A stretch of 64,000 nucleotides of DNA, from NCBI GenBank assembly GCA_965217035.1, contig OZ244226.1:682001-746000 (forward strand). The letters run 5' to 3'. Under the pieces are notes generated by a model, which searched no databases, was not told the origin of the DNA, and was given only the letters and a program-made list of their open reading frames with translations. The first letter of the stretch is position 1. Each line of letters starts with the position of its first letter. The translations under genes were made by a program, and so were the position numbers. This stretch comes from Bacteriovoracaceae bacterium (GTDB lineage: Bacteria > Bdellovibrionota > Bacteriovoracia > Bacteriovoracales > Bacteriovoracaceae). This document shows, piece after piece, positions 1 through 8,605 of the stretch.

Positions 1-1
1 T

Positions 2-505
2 GGAATAGGTTGTTGTATCCCAGGTAATGAAGACTCGATATGTAAAATCAAAGGGTCCGCAGAAATCGGAAAATGCAAAGAAGCGACAGCAAGTTCTACC
101 AAATCTGCTCCTAGGTGGGCATGTGTTCAAGATAAAAACATGACCTCTGTAGAGAAGACTGCAAAAAGAAAGAAACTAAAAAAACTAGTAGAAAGGATTA
201 ATTGGGAAAAAAAGTGCAAATGGGTTAATGGATCAGAACCAATGCTTATTTATTCTCCTACAAAATGTAGTAAGGCCGTTATCAATGAACCGACATGTTT
301 CGGTCATGTGAGTTGTTATAATTATTCAAAAATAAAAAAAGTAAAAGCTGCAACATGTAGTAAAGATAATTGTTCGTCTCCTGAAAAATGCCTAAAACAA
401 ACTTTGAAAGAAGAAGGTTATAGATCCGAACCTTATGCTGATAGCCATACAAATTCAAGAAACGTAAGAAGGCATAGAAATCATTCTGAAGGGATTGAGC
501 CTTAA
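2..505 (+). CDS. Cys-rich hypothetical protein, 5' end outside the window
   Basis: The frame of ORF 140..505 stays open to position 2 (GIGCCIPGNEDSICKIKG...WACVQDKNMTS); many Cys residues. Confidence 0.7.
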   Translation, partial: GIGCCIPGNEDSICKIKGSAEIGKCKEATASSTKSAPRWACVQDKNMTSVEKTAKRKKLKKLVERINWEKKCKWVNGSEPMLIYSPTKCSKAVINEPTCFGHVSCYNYSKIKKVKAATCSKDNCSSPEKCLKQTLKEEGYRSEPYADSHTNSRNVRRHRNHSEGIEP

Positions 506-522
506 TTTAGATTTTTTTCAAT

Positions 523-552
523 AAAAAAAAGGGAGGGGTCATCGCCCTCCCT
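523..552 (-). terminator. Intrinsic terminator after the POT transporter
   Basis: Minus strand: AGGGAGGG-7 nt loop-CCCTCCCT followed by a T run. Confidence 0.85.
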
Positions 553-579
553 AAATATCTAAAAAACTAATTTAGTATT

Positions 580-2172
580 TTAGCTCTCAAGGTAATTTCT
601 CATCTTATAATTCTTTGCAAGAAGTGCAAAAATAGCAGCAGAAATAAACATAACAATCGCGAAGAATACGAAAAAGATCACTTCGCCACTTGCTGTTAAG
701 CCAAGAGTCTCAGCAGCAAAAGTTTTCATCGCCTCACCTGTTGCAGCGACATAACTAGTCACCATATTTCCAAAGAAAACAGTTAAAAGAAAGAGGCTCA
801 TGATCGTTGACTTCATGCTTCTTGGAGCTTGAGTATAAGCAAACTCAAGGGCCGTAATCGAGACCATCACTTCAGCAGCAGTAATTGTTAAATAAGGGAA
901 GAACTGCCAACCAACATTCAGTTGATTTCCAGCATCTAGTTGTCCCTGGATGATCGCAACCATAACAAAAGAAAAGCCTGCAACTCCCATTCCGATTCCC
1001 ATTTTTCTTAATGGGGTGACTTCAAAGAACCTTCCCATGAACGGGTAAATACCGAATGAGAAGATAGGAATTAAGGCCATAACCATAACTGGATTAAGAG
1101 CAGCGATTTGAGAAGGAAGGAATTCGATTCCCATAAAGTTAAGGTTCATCTCTTTGGCTTGAAGAATCCAAGTTGATCCATGTTGATCAAAAAGGGCCCA
1201 AAAGAAAGTAATCATTGAAAAGATAACAGCAATCCCAAGAACCGCTTGAGCTCCATCGACAGCTTTTTCATCATATTTTTTAAGAGCTCCAGAAAGAATT
1301 CCTTTGCCTTTTACTTTATTCCCAAGGTTAATGATCGCAGAGAAAACAATTTTAACAAAGCTCTCTTGGTTATTTGATTTTAGAAATCCAAGAAGCATTG
1401 AAGTTCCAATAAGAACACCAGGAAGAAGAATAGAAAGATCAAGCCCTCCAAAAGAGTAAACACCATGGATAAACGGAGCGGCTAAAATTGTCGCTGTCCC
1501 CGTCCAGAAAAGAGTGTTGAAACCAGTAGGGGCTTTTTCAGCAGCAGGAACATGAACAAACTCATGTCTCCCTAACCAGAAAACAAATGTCGCCGCCGCC
1601 ATAAGAAGTCCAGGAATACCAAAGGCAACGCCTGGTCCATATTCTTCTAGAGTCCAAGGAGTAATAAGAGTTGAAAAGAATGAACCAAAATTAATCATCC
1701 AATAGAAAAGCTCAAAAATCTTCTCAACCATTTTCTCTTGCCCTTTTTTAAACTGATCACCGACGTGAGCCGAAACACAAGGCTTGATCCCACCTGAGCC
1801 AAGAGCAATCAGTCCAAGACCTGTATAAAAACCGATATCACTATGTTCAAAAATAGCGAGGTATAAGTGCCCCACACAATAAACAATCGATAAAGCTAAA
1901 ATTGTTTTGTACTTTCCCCAGAATCGATCTGAGATAAAGGCTCCCATCACAGGGAAGAAGTAACAAGCACCAGCGAACATATGGTATGTCGAAGTTGCTT
2001 CTGCTTTTTGTAATAATAAATACTGAACTAAGAAAATAGTCAGGATGGATCTCATCCCATAATAACTGTAACGCTCGCACGCTTCGTTTCCGACAATGTA
2101 TTTAATTTGCGATGGGTATTTTTCTGTTGTAATGGCACCCGTCATGACTTGAGTGTCTTTAATTGTACTCAT
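580..2172 (-). CDS. POT/PTR family proton-dependent oligopeptide transporter
   Basis: ExxERxxYY motif (NEACERYSYYG), GSGGIKP, FYWMINFG; many TM helices. Confidence 0.95.
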   Translation of the reverse strand: MSTIKDTQVMTGAITTEKYPSQIKYIVGNEACERYSYYGMRSILTIFLVQYLLLQKAEATSTYHMFAGACYFFPVMGAFISDRFWGKYKTILALSIVYCVGHLYLAIFEHSDIGFYTGLGLIALGSGGIKPCVSAHVGDQFKKGQEKMVEKIFELFYWMINFGSFFSTLITPWTLEEYGPGVAFGIPGLLMAAATFVFWLGRHEFVHVPAAEKAPTGFNTLFWTGTATILAAPFIHGVYSFGGLDLSILLPGVLIGTSMLLGFLKSNNQESFVKIVFSAIINLGNKVKGKGILSGALKKYDEKAVDGAQAVLGIAVIFSMITFFWALFDQHGSTWILQAKEMNLNFMGIEFLPSQIAALNPVMVMALIPIFSFGIYPFMGRFFEVTPLRKMGIGMGVAGFSFVMVAIIQGQLDAGNQLNVGWQFFPYLTITAAEVMVSITALEFAYTQAPRSMKSTIMSLFLLTVFFGNMVTSYVAATGEAMKTFAAETLGLTASGEVIFFVFFAIVMFISAAIFALLAKNYKMRNYLES

Positions 2173-2205
2173 TCTGTTCTCCTCATTTAAGTTAAGGAGT
2201 TTCTA

Positions 2206-2826
2206 CTAAACAATTTTTAGATTGTTAAGATTCTTGGACACTTGCTGCGAAACGTCGCTAAGATTACTTACCGAAAGATCGCTATACCGCTGATAGACGA
2301 CCTCTATCGAGCGCTCCGAGTCATCAGTTTCAAAGAATAATTGTGTTAGAGGGATTTGCTGCAGATTAGCAACGACTTTAGAGTTATCTCTAAATAAGGT
2401 TGTCCCAAGGCTAAAAAAAGTCTTTGGTCGCTTAAGTAATGAAGCTGTCTCTTCCGGACCACCATTATAATCATGAAAGATCACTGAACCTGAGAAACTT
2501 TTTAACTCACTCAAACAATCAGAGTAAGCTTTCACACAATGCAAAATTAAAGGTTTGTTCAGTTTTGCTGCTAGTTGAATATGTCTTGTAAAAAACTTCT
2601 TTTGCTTTTCTCGATCAACATCACAAGCATAATCAAGTCCTGTCTCTCCAATGAAAATAACTTGCTCCCTTTGAGAATATTCTTCAATAATATTCCAGGA
2701 TACTTTTTCTAAATACCATGGGTGCAAACCGATTGAGCAAAGTTGATCAGGGAAAGGCTCTTCCGGCAACCAATTATAAATGCTATTTTTTTTCAATTGA
2801 TGAGTATGAATATCAAAGAACTTCAT
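2206..2826 (-). CDS. TatD family hydrolase/DNase
   Basis: DIHTH, GLHPW, IGETGLD, LHCV, FETD motifs. Start placed at MKFFDIHTH (ATGA overlap with the upstream stop). Confidence 0.92.
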   Translation of the reverse strand: MKFFDIHTHQLKKNSIYNWLPEEPFPDQLCSIGLHPWYLEKVSWNIIEEYSQREQVIFIGETGLDYACDVDREKQKKFFTRHIQLAAKLNKPLILHCVKAYSDCLSELKSFSGSVIFHDYNGGPEETASLLKRPKTFFSLGTTLFRDNSKVVANLQQIPLTQLFFETDDSERSIEVVYQRYSDLSVSNLSDVSQQVSKNLNNLKIV

Positions 2827-5564
2827 TGCGTTAATGGAGTTGTATATTGAGCACAAGAACGGAAAATATTTTTCTTCCATTCAAGAATTTCAGCAGACTT
2901 CATTTCACGGGTTGCCCCTTTTCCATCTTCAACATAAAGGACTTGGTTATAAGACCATGTTTCTGGCCGAGCAGGATCATTATAAAATGCTGCAAATTTT
3001 GTTTGCTCGAAACGACCTTTTGCCATTTCATCACTTAAATGTTTCGTTACAAATTTTAAATCTTTTTCATTACTATCGGAATAAGCAGCTAGATGTAACT
3101 TTGCTTGAGACTTAGAATCTCCAGAAGTAATATCAACGTAATTCCGAGTTCCTTTATTATTCACTTCCTCAAAGTGATTATCGACAATCTTTTCTAGATC
3201 AGCCCTTTTAGAATATTTTATAATGTTTTTTTTCTTAGGAATATTTTTGAGAATTCCAGTCTCTTTAAGAACTTGAAAAATTAAGTAAACTTCATCCGGA
3301 TCCATTTTAGTCACAAACTTTACTTCTTTTGAAGAACGAGAAGATTTCAAGGCCCATTCAAGTTCATTCCAACCAACACCTTTAAACTGAAAACGTTCCT
3401 TTTCTATCATTTTTGAAATTTCAACAGCATTAAACTTATCTTTAGTTAAATCAATAATATTATCTTCAAATTTAAAAATGAAATGAATGATCTGACCGAT
3501 ATCTTGTTTATTTGCAATATCATCTCCTAATTGCATAACAAGTCGGTAAGTTTTCTTTTTATCAATAATCCGTTCAATTTCTCTCAATTTTTTTGCAATA
3601 ATATCGTTGTTCTTCTCTTTTTTCAAAAGTTCGACGAGTTCATCAATTAAAACTCGAACTTTCTTATTAGCTGCTTTATTTCTCAAGTTTCTTTCTTGGA
3701 TAGCATTCACGAGTAAACGTCCATCTTCCTCAGATTCAAAGGCGAGATAAGCGTTTGCATTTTTAAACATCGTAGTCAATTCTTCATCTTTCATATAAGT
3801 AACAATTTCATTATTGCTTTCAGCGCCATCACTAATATTAAAGGATGAAGCCAACGTAACATAAAGATTACCGGCCGTGGGACTCTTATGATGAATCTTA
3901 GAGGCAATATCCATATGCTCTAATTTGCCATCAATCATTCCGTAAACAGTTGTTGTAGGACCATATTTTCGAGATCCGATGTAAATACTTTTTCTAAATC
4001 TTTCAATCGTTTCCTCACCAAGAGTTTTTTTCCAATTGTGTGGATCCTCTCGATAAGTAACAAGCCCAGTAATCTCATCAACATCTGCTTTATAACCAAC
4101 CATTGTTAAAATTTCAGACCAATTTCTTAATGCAAACGGACCATCGGAAACAACTCTCAATTTCACTTCATCGCCCTCCTTTTGAAATTTTTCAAGAGCG
4201 ATAAGGAGTTGATCAGAAAAATCTCCTGAAGATTGAGCAAACATTGTAATAGTGAATTCACCTGTATCAGACTTCCTTAGCATATCACCAAAAAAGTTCT
4301 TGTTAATATTATCAAGCCCTCCTTGTGGAGCAAAAGTCATATAAAACTCTCTCCCTGATCGACTATCTAGAAATTTATATGTTCCAGTAATTGGATACTC
4401 TGTTCCTCTTAAGCCCATCTCAAGAGTATAATGAAGTTGATGACGAACAACAGCCGCAATTTCTGGACTCTTTAAAACAATGGCATGGTTTGCATTAGGA
4501 ACGGCCTTCTCCATCACTTTCGCAATTTCTGCTTTTGAAAGTAACTCTCCCTCTTTATTATAAAGTTTTCCACCGGCATCAAGATAAGGACCGATATCTC
4601 CCTGAGGATGCATTCCAGATTTTGTATAATTCGCTGACGAAAGGACAACTTTCGCATTCTTGGGATTTTCAGCATCAATCACTAGAATTTTTTGATGATT
4701 AAGCCCCACAGAATCCACCTCAAAGATATTTGTACTGCCACCATTTTTACATTTTGCAGAAATTAATTTGTTAAAAAGAAGCTTTACAGGTTCAAAATGA
4801 GACATCACATCCTGACTAAACCCTCCAGTAACTTTAACTCCTCTCTGGCAAGCTCTTATCATCGCATCTGTAATGACTTCGAGATTATTGTCATAAACAT
4901 TAAAAGCAATACTTTCTTTAGCACTATCAATCTGTTTAATTATCTCTGCAACCAAGTTATCCGGTTTTCTAATTGCAGTTTTTTTCCCATCTAATCTTCC
5001 CCATTTTAAAAAAGAAGGGGAATCTTCTTCAAGACCGGGATCGAACCGAGGATGAGTAAAATACAGACTAACTCCTGAATTGTTTAATTTTGTTTTAAAC
5101 TCTAGCGGCTCTATTGCTTTAAATGCCTCCGTCATACTTTCCGCAATCTCAGCCTTAGAAATAGCTTTCTCAAACATTTCCTTTAAGCTTTGAATTTCCT
5201 TATCAAATTTTTCGGTTTCAATCCCAAATTTTTCAACTTTTTCGGTATATTGAAGCATCATATCGTAAAAACTTAAGGCGCTTGGAGTCTTTTTACGAAT
5301 CTTCTCAATTTTGCTTTCATAATAATTGGCAATTTTTATAATCTGCGTCTCCGATAAACCTTTCTTGAGATCATCTGGGATATCATAGAGCTTTAATTCT
5401 TCCTCTGTGAATTCAATAGAATCCTCAAGAACTTCACCAAGAAAATCACGAAAAGCTTCATGCCGGGAATAAGTTTCTCTTACGAGCTCTAATTTTTTGG
5501 GCAATGTATATCTTTGCCCAAAAAGACTAGTTGAAAAGAAGAGAATAAATAAAAGAACTCTCAC
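2823..5564 (-). CDS. Large secreted phospholipase D-superfamily protein (probable nuclease or lipase)
   Basis: Signal peptide; HQKILVID...SSANYT (HKD motif); second degenerate motif HHKSPTAG...SSFN...SNNE. Confidence 0.85.
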   Translation of the reverse strand: MRVLLFILFFSTSLFGQRYTLPKKLELVRETYSRHEAFRDFLGEVLEDSIEFTEEELKLYDIPDDLKKGLSETQIIKIANYYESKIEKIRKKTPSALSFYDMMLQYTEKVEKFGIETEKFDKEIQSLKEMFEKAISKAEIAESMTEAFKAIEPLEFKTKLNNSGVSLYFTHPRFDPGLEEDSPSFLKWGRLDGKKTAIRKPDNLVAEIIKQIDSAKESIAFNVYDNNLEVITDAMIRACQRGVKVTGGFSQDVMSHFEPVKLLFNKLISAKCKNGGSTNIFEVDSVGLNHQKILVIDAENPKNAKVVLSSANYTKSGMHPQGDIGPYLDAGGKLYNKEGELLSKAEIAKVMEKAVPNANHAIVLKSPEIAAVVRHQLHYTLEMGLRGTEYPITGTYKFLDSRSGREFYMTFAPQGGLDNINKNFFGDMLRKSDTGEFTITMFAQSSGDFSDQLLIALEKFQKEGDEVKLRVVSDGPFALRNWSEILTMVGYKADVDEITGLVTYREDPHNWKKTLGEETIERFRKSIYIGSRKYGPTTTVYGMIDGKLEHMDIASKIHHKSPTAGNLYVTLASSFNISDGAESNNEIVTYMKDEELTTMFKNANAYLAFESEEDGRLLVNAIQERNLRNKAANKKVRVLIDELVELLKKEKNNDIIAKKLREIERIIDKKKTYRLVMQLGDDIANKQDIGQIIHFIFKFEDNIIDLTKDKFNAVEISKMIEKERFQFKGVGWNELEWALKSSRSSKEVKFVTKMDPDEVYLIFQVLKETGILKNIPKKKNIIKYSKRADLEKIVDNHFEEVNNKGTRNYVDITSGDSKSQAKLHLAAYSDSNEKDLKFVTKHLSDEMAKGRFEQTKFAAFYNDPARPETWSYNQVLYVEDGKGATREMKSAEILEWKKNIFRSCAQYTTPLTQ

Positions 5565-5583
5565 CCTCTTATTTTACAGGTAT

Positions 5584-6345
5584 TTAAGAGTTAGAAATAG
5601 ATGGGCGATCGTTGCCAATAAGGCTTGAGATCGCAATTTGCGCACTAAAAAAGCCGACCGAGCCTGTCAGAAAAGAGGCTGCTCCTAAACCATTTTGGCA
5701 ATTGCTCATCTTTCGATCTTCACAAAATGGATCATAATTATTAGTAGCCTTCTCAGATGAGAAGACACAAGTAATATTCCAAGGCTCCATTCCACGAGGA
5801 AAATCAAATTTCTGCCGAAGTCTTTTTTTTACCTGAAATAAAAGTCGATCGTTAAAGGTTTTATTTAAATCTGCAACTTTAAGTTCTGCTGGATTCATTT
5901 TTCCACCACAGGCACCTGTTACGACAAGTGGAATATTTCTTTCCTGACACTCATAAATAAGATGACATTTTGTCGGAACACTATCAATTGCATCAATGAT
6001 AAAATCATAATCTTGATTCAAAATTTCATCTGATGTTTTCTCTGTATAAAAGTCAAAAATTTTTTCAACTTCACATTCAGAGTTAATAAGTTTTAAACGA
6101 TCAGCGAGAGCATCAACTTTCGTTTGTCCGACAGTAGTGTTCAAAGCGTGAATTTGCCTATTTATATTAGAGATACAGAGGTCATCCATATCAACTAAAG
6201 TAATCTTTCCAACTCCTGATCGGACCAAGGCTTCGGCAGACCAAGACCCTACACCACCAAGTCCAATGATACAGACATGAGACTTCTTTATTTTTTCAAA
6301 AGCTTCTGAGCCAAATAAATTTTTAATTCCTTCAAACGGTTGCAT
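5584..6345 (-). CDS. tcdA: tRNA threonylcarbamoyladenosine dehydratase (ThiF family)
   Basis: GLGGVGSW, SNINRQ, DAID, VFSSE motifs; start placed at MQPFEG. Confidence 0.9.
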   Translation of the reverse strand: MQPFEGIKNLFGSEAFEKIKKSHVCIIGLGGVGSWSAEALVRSGVGKITLVDMDDLCISNINRQIHALNTTVGQTKVDALADRLKLINSECEVEKIFDFYTEKTSDEILNQDYDFIIDAIDSVPTKCHLIYECQERNIPLVVTGACGGKMNPAELKVADLNKTFNDRLLFQVKKRLRQKFDFPRGMEPWNITCVFSSEKATNNYDPFCEDRKMSNCQNGLGAASFLTGSVGFFSAQIAISSLIGNDRPSISNS

Positions 6346-6697
6346 TTTTCCCCAGATTATAAGCCAGTTTAAAAAGTAAAAGCCCAATTCCAACTTGTCC
6401 TAAAATGTTTAAAACAAAGTAGAGATCGTTTGATTGATCTAAAAGCTTAGCGTTATCTGCAGTAAAAGTACTAAAGGTTGTAAGGCTTCCTAGAAGTCCC
6501 ACAAAAAGAAAATTCGTAAGAACTGGATTTTCAAATCGAGGAAGATAATAACCAAAAAGAAAGCAACCAAGAAGATTCACTAGAGCGATGGAGTAAGGTT
6601 TTCCAGGACCTACTGCCGAAACAATAAGAGCGCGTGAAAGAGCTCCAAAGGAGCCTCCAAGAGCAATGGCCAATAGGCTTTGCATTGAATATTTCAT
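6332..6697 (-). CDS. crcB: Fluoride efflux channel Fluc/CrcB
   Basis: GGSFGALSR, VNLLGCF, GSLTTFSTF; four TM segments. Confidence 0.92.
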   Translation of the reverse strand: MKYSMQSLLAIALGGSFGALSRALIVSAVGPGKPYSIALVNLLGCFLFGYYLPRFENPVLTNFLFVGLLGSLTTFSTFTADNAKLLDQSNDLYFVLNILGQVGIGLLLFKLAYNLGKNATV

Positions 6698-6765
6698 CGT
6701 AACGCTCCGGGTTGTATTTTCCTGTTAACAGGTCTCAATCGAGTCTCATATATACTGTATTTATT

Positions 6766-7374
6766 ATGAAAAATGGAGTCCTTCTATTTCTTCTCTTTTT
6801 CTCCTGCCAATGTTTTGCCGTCTTTGAGCTAAGTGGCGAATACGGTCTCCAAAAAAATGTTTTTGGAACCAACCAAGAAAATGAGGTAGAGAACACGACT
6901 TACACAGGATCACTTGCATGGTATGTCACGAGTACAACCGCCATCGAATTTAACTACGTGCAATCAACAAATATGAACACTCAAAATCTTTCGAATCCTG
7001 GTTCAGGTGATTATGTTGAAAGAATCGTAAGTGAAGTGAGCACTGAAATCCTCGGCATTGGAATCCGACAACTTCTTGCCACTCAAAAATCTCCAGTGAA
7101 ACCAATGATTTCAATTGGAGCCGCTAAAGAATTCAGTGAATTTAACACAACTTATCGCTTCTTTGATTCAGATTCATCATCATTCTTAGAAATTTCAGAG
7201 AACCCGGTTGAAGTTGAAGAAGATAATGCTTTTGTGACCTTTGCTCTGGCCATTGAATTCTCTGATCACTTTAGCATCCGTGGCTCAGTTAGTTCTTATT
7301 TTCCAGCTTTTGAATTTGATCAATGGGATAAAGATTTAAGATATTCAGCAGGTCTATCGATTCTTTTCTTTTAA
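6766..7374 (+). CDS. Outer-membrane beta-barrel protein
   Basis: Signal peptide from MKNGVLL; alternating beta pattern; C-terminal YSAGLSILFF. Confidence 0.75.
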   Translation: MKNGVLLFLLFFSCQCFAVFELSGEYGLQKNVFGTNQENEVENTTYTGSLAWYVTSTTAIEFNYVQSTNMNTQNLSNPGSGDYVERIVSEVSTEILGIGIRQLLATQKSPVKPMISIGAAKEFSEFNTTYRFFDSDSSSFLEISENPVEVEEDNAFVTFALAIEFSDHFSIRGSVSSYFPAFEFDQWDKDLRYSAGLSILFF

Positions 7375-7847
7375 GACTCTTCCTCATCAGAGAAATTAAA
7401 AGCCTTTGGCCTTTTCAAACCACCTTCTTTCTTTGGACGTTCTCTTGTTTCTACTTCTAATTCAGCTGCTTCTTGCTCTGCCTGAATAGTTGCAGACTTT
7501 TTTAAGAGAATTTTTTTAGACTCACGTTTTTGGATGTCAGCTTCACTTTGCTTTTCATTATGGTTGGAAATATCAACTGTAATATCGCCGAAAACTTTCA
7601 CCTGACAGCTAAGTCTTTCCTTAGTCAGATGAAAAACATTTCCAATAAGCTTTGACTCTACTTGCTCAATAACAGAAAGGAATTCTTCTCCCTTAGTAAT
7701 CTTTAAGATACAAGTTCCACAACTGGCACAACCTCCGCAATTTGAACGAATATAAAAACCAGCCTCCTTAAGTGCACTTAAGAGAGTTTGATTTTCCTTT
7801 ATAGGAATATCCGAACCGGCGGGAAGAACTTTAACTGTATAATCCAT
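7371..7847 (-). CDS. 2Fe-2S ferredoxin with a charged C-terminal tail
   Basis: CGGCASCGTC...RLSCQ. Confidence 0.9.
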   Translation of the reverse strand: MDYTVKVLPAGSDIPIKENQTLLSALKEAGFYIRSNCGGCASCGTCILKITKGEEFLSVIEQVESKLIGNVFHLTKERLSCQVKVFGDITVDISNHNEKQSEADIQKRESKKILLKKSATIQAEQEAAELEVETRERPKKEGGLKRPKAFNFSDEEES

Positions 7848-8128
7848 TAGATAACTTTATTAATCTTTTTTTCTATTAAATCGAGAGCTTGTTGCTTAAA
7901 GGCCTTAAAAAGAAGTCCAAGTTTTAGATAAACTTCTACCGAATCATCGTTAAATCTTAATTCGAATTCAAAACCTTTTCCTTTAGCTGCAATACTTTCA
8001 TTTTCGCTATAGTAAAAATCAGGTTGTACTTTTAGTTTTCCTATAAATTCAGGAGTAATCACCCCACGAACGGCGTTATAAGCCTCTTCACGATTTGTAA
8101 CTTGCCCGTATGGTATTTTTAATTCCAT
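7847..8128 (-). CDS. Small protein resembling the polyhydroxyalkanoic-acid-system (PHA_gran_rgn) family
   Basis: 93 aa; pattern AKGKGF...V.V.LKLGLLFKAFK; in the pnp-dut operon. Confidence 0.55.
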   Translation of the reverse strand: MELKIPYGQVTNREEAYNAVRGVITPEFIGKLKVQPDFYYSENESIAAKGKGFEFELRFNDDSVEVYLKLGLLFKAFKQQALDLIEKKINKVI

Positions 8129-8605
8129 TTATGACCTCAGCTCTTTGGTTCCTGTCGACCCGAACCCTCCAGCTCCTCTTTGAGTTTCATTGAGAGTTTC
8201 AACTTCAATCCAGTCAATTTGGTGAACAGGAGCAATCAAAAGTTGAGCAATACGTGTTCCGTGTTCAATTGTCTCTTCTTGATTAGAGATATTAGCAATA
8301 ATCACTTTTACTTCACCCCGATAATCAGAATCAATTGTTCCAGGAGAATTCACTACCATAAGTCCTGTCTTTAAACTAAGACCTGACCGAGGGCGAACTT
8401 GAACTTCATACCCTTGGGGGATTTCAAAGGAAAGACCTGTCGGAACAAGAACTCTTTCAAAAGGTTTCAAAGTAATCGAACCTTTATCTTCAAAGCAAGC
8501 TTTGATGTCAGCGCCTGCCGCCTCGGTACTTCCATAAAACGGAAGCCCGAGTTCAGCATCAAAATGCGGCAAGGTTCTTATTTTTGTTTTAATTTTACTT
8601 GTCAT
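8129..8605 (-). CDS. dut: dUTP diphosphatase
   Basis: AAGAD, RPRSGL, GTIDSDYRGE, RGAGGFGSTG. Confidence 0.97.
   Translation of the reverse strand: MTSKIKTKIRTLPHFDAELGLPFYGSTEAAGADIKACFEDKGSITLKPFERVLVPTGLSFEIPQGYEVQVRPRSGLSLKTGLMVVNSPGTIDSDYRGEVKVIIANISNQEETIEHGTRIAQLLIAPVHQIDWIEVETLNETQRGAGGFGSTGTKELRS

Noticed and set aside
2206..5564. PLD plus TatD as an anti-phage defence system
   Set aside because: The PLD protein has a signal peptide, and no helicase, ATPase or methylase partner or defence-island context is present.
6698..6765. Fluoride riboswitch upstream of crcB
   Set aside because: The short divergent spacer has no recognisable fluoride-riboswitch motif by eye.
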